DNA of 64,000 bases from Chloroflexota bacterium. Its GTDB lineage: Bacteria; Chloroflexota; Anaerolineae; B4-G1; DUEL01. The stretch is from positions 44,573-108,572 of the forward strand of contig JADBJJ010000022.1 of assembly GCA_014874475.1 (NCBI GenBank), written 5' to 3'. Below are positions 57,004-64,000 of this stretch, piece by piece (position 1 is the first letter of the stretch; each line of letters starts with the position of its first letter). Under the pieces are notes generated by a model. It ran no database searches, had not been told where the DNA came from, and worked only from the letters and a program-made list of their open reading frames with translations. Both the position numbers and the translations under genes were made by a program.

Positions 57004-57876
57004 ATGGCCACTGTGGGCATTCTGACCGACACCACCGCCAGCATTCCCCGGCCGCTGGCTGAGGAACTGGGGATAGAACTGGTGCCCTACTATGTCCATC
57101 GCGGCCTGGAGACGCTGCGGGACGGGGTGGACATAAATACGGAGGAACTGGCTCGGTACCTGGAGAAGGCCGAGACTCTCCCGACCACGTCCAACCCCAG
57201 TCCGGGGGATTATCTGAGCGGGCTTCAACGCCTGGCGGAGCGGACGCGCGAAATCGTCGCTCTGACCATGACCTCTAAAGGGAGTGGGGCGTTTCAGTCC
57301 TGCCGGGCGGCGGTGGAGATTCTGAAAGAGCGGCTGCCCCGGCTGCAAGTAGAGGTCGTGGACACCTTGCAAGTCGCTATGGCCCACGGCTGGGCGGCGA
57401 TAGAGGCCGCGCGCACGGCCCTGGCAGGGCAGGGCCTGCGGGACGTCGTGGAGCGGGCCCGGGAGGTGGCCCGCCAGGCAATGATGATTCAGACCGCCGA
57501 CACGCTCCGGTACCTGCACATGGGTGGCCGCATCGGGCGGGCCCAGCATCTGGTGGGCACCCTTCTGAACATCAAGCCGCTCATCGGTATGGAGGACGGC
57601 GTGATCGTGGCCCTAGGGACAGCCCGCAGTCTTTCCAAAGCGTATGCCCGGATGGTGGAATTGATGGAGGAGCGGATAGGGAAGAGGGCCCGCATCAAAG
57701 TGGCCTTCACCCATGTGGCGGCGCTGGACCGGATGCGGCAACTCCAGGAGCAAGTGCTGGAACAATTTGAGTGCGTGGAGGTCATCGTGACCAGCCTCTC
57801 CCCTGCCCTGGCCGTCCATTCCGGTCCGGGAACGGTGGGCGTCTGCGTCTTCCCTACCGGGAGTCCGGGACGGTGA
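57004..57876 (+). CDS. DegV family fatty-acid-binding protein
   Basis: ILTDTT, PTTS.P, SG, VDT, L..GGRIG, LL.IKP and H.GPG motifs; GGAGG RBS. Confidence 0.93.
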   Translation: MATVGILTDTTASIPRPLAEELGIELVPYYVHRGLETLRDGVDINTEELARYLEKAETLPTTSNPSPGDYLSGLQRLAERTREIVALTMTSKGSGAFQSCRAAVEILKERLPRLQVEVVDTLQVAMAHGWAAIEAARTALAGQGLRDVVERAREVARQAMMIQTADTLRYLHMGGRIGRAQHLVGTLLNIKPLIGMEDGVIVALGTARSLSKAYARMVELMEERIGKRARIKVAFTHVAALDRMRQLQEQVLEQFECVEVIVTSLSPALAVHSGPGTVGVCVFPTGSPGR

Positions 57877-57923
57877 ACGCAGATTCCTCTCCTGTAGGGT
57901 AGAAGCCCCTGCTTGCTTCCTGA

Positions 57924-59609
57924 TCAGAGTTCATCTCCCTCCCCCCGCAGCAGGGCCCGGCCCCGCGCCAGAACCTCTTCGGGAGGGGTGTCTCGGCGTG
58001 CCACCGACTCGTAGAATGATACATCGTAGGATCGGGTGCGCACCACCACCGGCATCGGCACCGCATGCCCCATAATCAGCGCCTGCTGACGGGTGTCCAG
58101 TCGGGCCAGCACTTCCCGCAGCGGCGCCGCCCCGGCCACTCCGGAGAAGACCGCCCGAATGTCCGCCTCGTCGTCCAGAAGGCAGGTCACCCGGGTCCCA
58201 ATCTGGCTCATCACCTCCGGGTCTATGCCGCTGGGCCGCTGGTCCACGATGAGCAGGGTCACGTTGTACTTGCGCAACTCGCGGGCGATAGTACCAAAAA
58301 TCGTGTGCCGGGCGACGGCCGGATCCAGGAACTTGTGGGCCTCCTCCACCGTGATGACCAGCGGACGGGGTTCCTCGCCTCGCCCACCCTGTGCCGCCTC
58401 CTTGCGGCGGACGTAATGCTCGTGGATGCGGCGGGTGATGTAATTGGCCACCAGAATGTACGCCTCCAGACTGTTCCCGTACCGTCCGAACTCCAGCACC
58501 ACATTGACCCCCCGATCCAGGTGCTCCAGAATCCGGTGGACGGGGTCCTCCGGCACTTCCGTCCGCAGAAACTCAAACCGCCGGAAGAGGCCCAGTTTGC
58601 GCTGGATGGCTCCCAGCGTCCCGCCGTGCAGGGTGCCCTTTTCCAGCGCGTCCTGCAGTTCCTCCAGCGGGTCCTCCTCATCCAGGAGCCGGGCCAGCCA
58701 GCGGCTCCCCAGCCGACGGTGCAGGAAATAAAGAGCGCCCACCTGGATGTCGGTGAGGCCCAGCAGGGCGGAGAGACTGTCCACGTCCTCCGGCGCAATC
58801 TGGTCGTAGCCGATATAGACTGCCCCGTCGGTCTTGCTCCCCCGCCGGCGGGACGATTCCTCATCCAGCGTGAAGACGGCGACTTCGCCGGTACCAAACA
58901 GTTGCCGCAGACCCTTGACCTCCCGCCGGGCCTCATCCTGACTCTTCCAGCCGTACTCGTTGTGCATATCAAAAATCAGGGTGACGGCAACCCGGGCATG
59001 GATGATGCCCGCCAGCAGGAGGCGGGTCAGGAACGTTTTGCCGGTGCCCGTCTTGCCAAAGACACCCGCTGACCGCTCCACGAACCGTTCCAGGTTGATG
59101 GTGACGGGCACCCCGGCCATATCCAGCGGCTCCCCGATGACGAAGTAGCCGGGCTGCTGCTCCTGCCCGAAGACCAGCGCGACATCCTCCGGCGACGCCT
59201 CGTATACCTCGGAGAAGTGCTCCGGGACGGTCTTGACCGGTTTGGGCTCCTCGGCGCCTGGCTCCAGCACCAGCATCGGCGCAACGTGGATGCGTCCGAA
59301 GGTGGTGGTGCCCCGAACGACCTGGACGATGAACGGGTCGGAGACGTCCGGCGGTGTCTTCTCTATGAGCGGGTTGGTGGCGTCCAGCGCGACGTCGTTG
59401 ATGATGGAGAAGAACCGCCGTCCGGTGCGCCCGTGGATGACGACGTACCGCCCCACCGCCAGCCCCTCAATGACCGTCTGAGGGTCCAGTTTCACCTCCA
59501 GCCCTTTGGAGAGACTGCCGCCCACCACGATGCCCAGCCGCCGCTGGCGCGCAGACCGGTCGCCTGGGCTCAGCGGGCGAGGGAACCAGCGATCCAGTTC
59601 TTCGGCCAT
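57924..59609 (-). CDS. HerA-like ATPase (HAS barrel plus DUF87)
   Basis: GKTGTGKT, DMHNEY, EEAH, RELRK and DQRPS motifs. Confidence 0.88.
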   Translation of the reverse strand: MAEELDRWFPRPLSPGDRSARQRRLGIVVGGSLSKGLEVKLDPQTVIEGLAVGRYVVIHGRTGRRFFSIINDVALDATNPLIEKTPPDVSDPFIVQVVRGTTTFGRIHVAPMLVLEPGAEEPKPVKTVPEHFSEVYEASPEDVALVFGQEQQPGYFVIGEPLDMAGVPVTINLERFVERSAGVFGKTGTGKTFLTRLLLAGIIHARVAVTLIFDMHNEYGWKSQDEARREVKGLRQLFGTGEVAVFTLDEESSRRRGSKTDGAVYIGYDQIAPEDVDSLSALLGLTDIQVGALYFLHRRLGSRWLARLLDEEDPLEELQDALEKGTLHGGTLGAIQRKLGLFRRFEFLRTEVPEDPVHRILEHLDRGVNVVLEFGRYGNSLEAYILVANYITRRIHEHYVRRKEAAQGGRGEEPRPLVITVEEAHKFLDPAVARHTIFGTIARELRKYNVTLLIVDQRPSGIDPEVMSQIGTRVTCLLDDEADIRAVFSGVAGAAPLREVLARLDTRQQALIMGHAVPMPVVVRTRSYDVSFYESVARRDTPPEEVLARGRALLRGEGDEL

Positions 59610-59661
59610 ATGTCACTCCTCAAGTAGATAAAGGAAACGGCCCTGGGAGCCTTGTATCCTT

Positions 59662-60462
59662 TCACTGGATTTGCGTACGCTGTTCTACCAGTGCGAGCAA
59701 TCGGCCCACCGGGTCTACCGCCGGGTCCAGAGAGAGGGTAATGGTCTCCTGCGGACAGGCCGCCGCGCAACGCCCGCAGCCATGGCAGTTCTGGCAGACG
59801 GACGCCCGCCCGTTCTCCACCCGAATGGCATCGGCCGGGCAGACCTCCGCGCAGCGCCCGCAGCCCACACAATCCGGCCCCACGCTCACCACCAGACCCG
59901 GGAGACGGCGCACCGTCTCCTGAAAAATGGGCGGGCCGTAGCGAAGAGTCTGACGTACGGAGCAGCAACAGTCGCAGCAGAAGCAGACCGCCAGCATGCG
60001 GCGGTACGGGATGCCCAGTATCCAGGCGTCAAAAGCGGAGTGGACGATTTGAGGCATCAATCCAGCCTCCAGGGCCTGCCGGATGTGCACCAGCGCCCCG
60101 TCTGCATCGGCCAGGTGACCCAGTTCCGGGTGAATCTCTGCCGCCCCGTCGCCCAGAAACAGGCATCCGATATCGCGCGGGCAGGTGGGCTGGTTCTCCG
60201 CCCGTCGGCAGAGGCATTCGTTCATAATGAAACGTGCGCTGGCCCTCTCCACCAGTGGTGCCAGCACGACGTATGGCAGGACTGCACTCTCCGTCGCCGG
60301 TATCCCCTTTCCAACGGGCAGAACGACGGCCTCATTGTTTTCTGGACGGAAGAAAGGCCGGAGCCAGCCGCTGATAACGGGCCAGCGGCCCATTCGGTTC
60401 AACAGTTTGCCCAGGGGCCAGATGCGGATCAGCAGGGAAAGGATGTAGGGCGAACGTCCCAT
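59662..60462 (-). CDS. Fe-S protein with a C-terminal 2x[4Fe-4S] ferredoxin domain
   Basis: CLCR, CFCCDCCC, CVGCGRCAEVCP and CHGCGRCAAACP motifs. Confidence 0.88.
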   Translation of the reverse strand: MGRSPYILSLLIRIWPLGKLLNRMGRWPVISGWLRPFFRPENNEAVVLPVGKGIPATESAVLPYVVLAPLVERASARFIMNECLCRRAENQPTCPRDIGCLFLGDGAAEIHPELGHLADADGALVHIRQALEAGLMPQIVHSAFDAWILGIPYRRMLAVCFCCDCCCSVRQTLRYGPPIFQETVRRLPGLVVSVGPDCVGCGRCAEVCPADAIRVENGRASVCQNCHGCGRCAAACPQETITLSLDPAVDPVGRLLALVEQRTQIQ

Positions 60463-60528
60463 CGCTTCAAAATGGTCTTTGGGCTGTGAAAACCGCCAGG
60501 ATGCGAAGTGGCGGTAAATTTTTTATAC

Positions 60529-61554
60529 TCATTCATTGGAGTCCTGGTGTCTTCGGGGTTGAATCTGAATAGATGTCCCCAGCATCCGCCGCATCTGGAG
60601 GAGACGGCGGAGAGGGCGGAATCCGGCATCTGTAAAGAGCGTCCCCAGATGCATCCGCATCCCCGGCAGTGTGGTGACTGTCTCCCAGAGGGGACGGCGG
60701 GCCAGGAAGGCCAGCGCCGCCGCGACCAGCGGCCTGCCCAGTTCGTCCATGTGCTCCGGCCGGACCAGGACTTCCACTTCGTGCCAGCGCCCGGGGCGGT
60801 ATGAGGTCAGGCGCAGGGCTCCGGAGAGAGAGGCGCCCGGTTCCTTTATCAGCAACCACCAGCCTTCGCTCCGGCCTTCCAACCAGGCCGAGAGCCGGGC
60901 CTCCCAGCCGGCCCGGTAGGCGGAGGGTCGGATTTCCAGCACCTCCTGATGGGGCCGGATCAGCCCCTGGCGGGCCAGGTAGTAAAGGTCGCTGCTTTCG
61001 GCCGCGCGCGCCCGCCGCAGCGGCAGGGACGGCGGCGGGACGGGGGGCCAGGGCTGGCCCTCCGGACGGACCATTTCCAGCGATGTCCCGACGGTCTCAA
61101 AGCCCAGCCGTTCGTAGAGGCGACGGGCGGCCAGATTATCCTCCCGGACCTCCAGCCCCACCCACGCACTGCCTCGCGCGGCGATGTTTTCCAGCGCGGC
61201 CTCCATCAGTGCTCGACCGATAGCGCGCCCCCTCCATTGCGGATGGACGGCGACGTTGCCGATCATCCAACCGCCCGCCGTGGCGGCCCTCCGGAAGGAG
61301 ACGTTGCCTACCACCTGCCCATCCTCCACCCACACAAACCCCGGCGGCTCCTGATCCAGGTCCATGCCCCAGAGCAGGAATCCCAGTGCACCCCAGCGGG
61401 CGATGCGCTGCATCCGGTGCAGCGTCTGGCGGGCCCAGGGCCCCAGTTCTCCGGAGAACGCCTGGGTCATCAGGTCCGCCACTGGTCCCAGGTGGCGCAG
61501 CGGGTGGAAGGGCACCAGCCCCTGTTCAACCCGGCGGAGGACTGTGGTGCTCAT
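60529..61554 (-). CDS. GNAT family N-acetyltransferase (tandem GNAT)
   Basis: NVAVHPQWRGRAIG and LEVREDN.AARRLYE.LGF motifs. Confidence 0.88.
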   Translation of the reverse strand: MSTTVLRRVEQGLVPFHPLRHLGPVADLMTQAFSGELGPWARQTLHRMQRIARWGALGFLLWGMDLDQEPPGFVWVEDGQVVGNVSFRRAATAGGWMIGNVAVHPQWRGRAIGRALMEAALENIAARGSAWVGLEVREDNLAARRLYERLGFETVGTSLEMVRPEGQPWPPVPPPSLPLRRARAAESSDLYYLARQGLIRPHQEVLEIRPSAYRAGWEARLSAWLEGRSEGWWLLIKEPGASLSGALRLTSYRPGRWHEVEVLVRPEHMDELGRPLVAAALAFLARRPLWETVTTLPGMRMHLGTLFTDAGFRPLRRLLQMRRMLGTSIQIQPRRHQDSNE

Positions 61555-61582
61555 CTCGTATAGCGTGCTCAGTATTTCTTGC

Positions 61583-61828
61583 CTATTCCGGCGTTTCTGA
61601 GGGAGCGGGCGATGTCGGCATCGCCGTTGCCTCCGCGCTGGACTCTACCGGGCGTGGCCGCATCCGCTCCAGGTCGCCGCGGGGGACCTTCACCAGATGG
61701 CGGCAGCGGGGACATTCTACACCGTAGTGGCTTTCGCTCTTCTCGGCCAGTCGGTCCAGCGCTGCCACCACCTGGTCCACGGATAGGGAAAACATATGGC
61801 CGCATCGCTGACAGCGAACGCCTCGCAT
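61583..61828 (-). CDS. Small zinc-ribbon protein
   Basis: CQRC...CPRC; AGGAGG RBS before ATG 61828. Confidence 0.75.
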   Translation of the reverse strand: MRGVRCQRCGHMFSLSVDQVVAALDRLAEKSESHYGVECPRCRHLVKVPRGDLERMRPRPVESSAEATAMPTSPAPSETPE

Positions 61829-61974
61829 GTCATCCTCCTGATGGGTTGGGGGACTCAGATGCAGGTTAGCGCGAAAGAGCGCGGATTTGATCATCAGCGA
61901 CTCTGATTATAACTGAACTGGGAGGGAAGACAAATGCCCGAGAAAGCAGCATGTCCGGGCATCATTTTGCGGAG

Positions 61975-62014
61975 AAACAAAAACCGCATAGCCTGCGGAG
62001 GGGCCATGCGGTTT
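61975..62014 (-). terminator. Intrinsic terminator after the RRM gene
   Basis: Minus strand AAACCGCATGGC...GCTATGCGGTTTTTGTTT. Confidence 0.7.
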
Positions 62015-62040
62015 CGGGTTTCGTCGGAAGAGGGTAAGGT

Positions 62041-62337
62041 TTAATAGCGTCGCCGCTCTCGGCGCCGTTCTCCTCGCGGCTCCCGGGCTTCCTGCGGGCG
62101 CGCTTCGGCCACCCGGATGGACCGCCCATCCACCATCCGACCATTCAACTGGTTGATGGCATTCTGAGCCGCCTGATAATCGGCCATTTCCACGAAGCCG
62201 AAGCCCCGGGATTGCCCGGTCATCCGGTCCGTGACGATACTTACCGAGATAACCTCGCCCACACTCTGGAAAAGAGTGGAGAGCGTGGCTTCGGTCGTGG
62301 CGTAACTGAGATTTCCGACATACAGCCTGGTAGACAT
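62041..62337 (-). CDS. RRM RNA-binding protein
   Basis: RNP2 LYVGNL, RNP1 RGFGFVEM and an Arg-rich tail. Confidence 0.95.
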   Translation of the reverse strand: MSTRLYVGNLSYATTEATLSTLFQSVGEVISVSIVTDRMTGQSRGFGFVEMADYQAAQNAINQLNGRMVDGRSIRVAEARPQEAREPRGERRRERRRY

Positions 62338-62376
62338 CTCTCCTCCTGCGGCCTCAGGGCCGCTGAGCGCATCGGC

Positions 62377-62586
62377 CTAAAGGACGCGCACCTGGGTGGC
62401 GTGCAGACCCTTGGGGCCCTTCTCTACGGCGAATTCCACCCGCTGGCCTTCGCGCAGCGTGCGGAACCCATCTCCCTGGATGGCGGTGTAGTGGACGAAA
62501 ACGTCCTCGCCGTTATCCTGAGAGATAAAGCCGTATCCCTTGGCATCGTTGAACCATTTAACGGTTCCGGTCACTGTACTGCTCAC
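62377..62586 (-). CDS. cspA: Cold-shock protein
   Basis: [15 protein letters not shown] and DVFVHY motifs. Confidence 0.95.
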   Translation of the reverse strand: MSSTVTGTVKWFNDAKGYGFISQDNGEDVFVHYTAIQGDGFRTLREGQRVEFAVEKGPKGLHATQVRVL

Positions 62587-62725
62587 GTTTTCTACCTCCT
62601 TCTGATTGTGAAACGGACAGACGCACAGCGAAGAGTCCGGTCTATATAAAAAAGACCACCCGGCCTCCGCAAGCCTGGGTGGTCTTTTCAGACAGAACCA
62701 GAACTTACTTCGCCCTGCGCTTTGG

Positions 62726-62753
62726 AGTATACCACGATTCTCAAAAAAGTCAA
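62726..62753 (-). promoter_or_regulatory. csp-RRM operon promoter
   Basis: TTGACT, 16 bp, extended TGn-TATACT on the minus strand. Confidence 0.65.
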
Positions 62754-62959
62754 AGGCTGTAAGTATCTGGACTATATGATGCTTACCGCCAGATCGGGCG
62801 ATTTCTGGATGATGGGTATATGCACAAGCGCATCCACCTGCGCTGGGTTATCTGACGCCAGCCGAGTTTGAGGCACAATGGCGAAAGGAGAACATCCGGA
62901 TTCCCGAAGTTGAACTCCAGATCGCTTAACAAGTGCCCAGTTCATAGGGGTCAGTTCAA

Positions 62960-64000
62960 TCAGTGCCCCGACCCGCGCTGTCGCCTCAGGCCCCAGAATG
63001 CCAGCGCCAGCAGCCCGACCAGCCCCGCGCCGGAGCAGAACCCACTGCCAGTAGGGAGAGTCGGAGTGGGCCGGGCTGGCGTCGGACCGACGGTCGGGGT
63101 CGGCGTCGCCTCCGGCGCCAGGGTCGGCGGGATGACTATCGGCTCCGTCTCCTCCAACACCACCTCGTAGGCCATCCCCTCCGCCACAAAGACCACCCGC
63201 TCCCCCAGCGCCAGGTACGGCCCCCATTCCGGTCGCGCAGCCAGTAGATCAAAGTAGGCGTCGCTCCCGAACTGCACCCGCACCGGCGTCATCCGCTGGG
63301 GGTCAAACTCCGCGTCCGTCCAGACCCCCTCCCGCAGGAAGAAGGTCTTGCTCCCAGCCTGCCGCACGACCTGCACCGCCTCCTGGGGCATCGGCACACC
63401 GCCCGCCCCGCCCATATCCCGCAGTTCGGCCTGCTCTTGGGCCAGGTCCACTGCGTTGCCGCCCACAGCCGGAGGAACCGGCATAGCCCTCAACTGCTCC
63501 GCTGCCTCCTCCCGCCCGGCTTCGGTGAAAACGTCCTCCTGAATCAGGAAAGACGTATACGGCGTGATGATGCCGTAGCGGACGCTCAGGTCAATCACCG
63601 CGTCCACCCACTCCTTCTGCTCGCCGTAGAGCCGGATCTGGGTGAGCAGATAGCCGATCTTTCTGGCCGCCCACAGGCGCGGGATGAACGCGTCGCCGCC
63701 CCGGGCCCGGAACATCCCCTCGTAGATGAACTCTCGCTTCTTCCCCTCCGTCTCTCCAACCAGCCGGATGGGGACGGGGCCGCTTCCCCGGTACCGGCCC
63801 ACCAGGATCAACTGGGTTCCTGCAAAGAGGTCCGGCAGCGAGCGCGGGTAAACATCCTCCACGATGACGTTGCCGAAGTCCAGGGAGATGTCGGTGAGGA
63901 CGGGGGCCTGGACTTTTGCATAAAAGGCGGCGACAGCCTCGTCTATCCGCTCACCTGGGCGGACATAGGCCGGAGCGCCCCGGTGCTCCTGGGCCAGCGA
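62960..64000 (-). CDS. VIT/vWA-type surface protein, C-terminal part (5' end outside the window)
   Basis: Frame open to base 64000; PVLTD, LPDLF.G.Q, PRLWA.RKI and TPYTSFL motifs; Pro/Thr linker, TM and basic tail. Confidence 0.8.
   Translation of the reverse strand, partial: SLAQEHRGAPAYVRPGERIDEAVAAFYAKVQAPVLTDISLDFGNVIVEDVYPRSLPDLFAGTQLILVGRYRGSGPVPIRLVGETEGKKREFIYEGMFRARGGDAFIPRLWAARKIGYLLTQIRLYGEQKEWVDAVIDLSVRYGIITPYTSFLIQEDVFTEAGREEAAEQLRAMPVPPAVGGNAVDLAQEQAELRDMGGAGGVPMPQEAVQVVRQAGSKTFFLREGVWTDAEFDPQRMTPVRVQFGSDAYFDLLAARPEWGPYLALGERVVFVAEGMAYEVVLEETEPIVIPPTLAPEATPTPTVGPTPARPTPTLPTGSGFCSGAGLVGLLALAFWGLRRQRGSGH

Overview
GC-rich bacterial chromosome segment. Gene content and repeat style suggest a thermophilic, low-oxygen Chloroflexota (Anaerolineae-like) genome, which is an inference. 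In order, the window holds: a partial Lpd-like gene and a LipB-LipA fusion; a TPP-riboswitch thiamine operon (broken cytX, thiM, thiE, His-type thi4, thiL, tenA, thiD); rodA-minEDC, HIT, LCP and surE; a large pseudo-glycosidase/O-antigen-ligase fusion, a GH13 gene and a second lpdA; eno-pyk followed by a translin-family gene and a Cas4-like nuclease split into two membrane-anchored in-frame ORFs; a B12 radical SAM gene divergent from a CarH-type B12 photoreceptor heading a Rieske/PlsY-like/GT2/oxygenase/MFS cluster; an Lpl(DUF116)-LipT-LipS2-LipS1 alternative lipoate pathway; a 1500-aa CHAT-STAND-TPR (NLR-like) protein with 14 shuffled 138-bp repeats, coupled to a DUF523-DUF1722 gene and a class II photolyase; then uvrC, murE, yggU/T/S, degV, a HerA-like ATPase, an RRM gene, csp and a partial VIT/vWA gene. 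I found no rRNA, tRNA, CRISPR array or intact transposase. The best candidates for undescribed systems are the translin plus split membrane-tethered Cas4 module, the NLR-like CHAT protease with an N-terminal amyloid-like motif, and the CarH-led non-crt cluster. All calls come from reading motifs by eye; no database searches were run.
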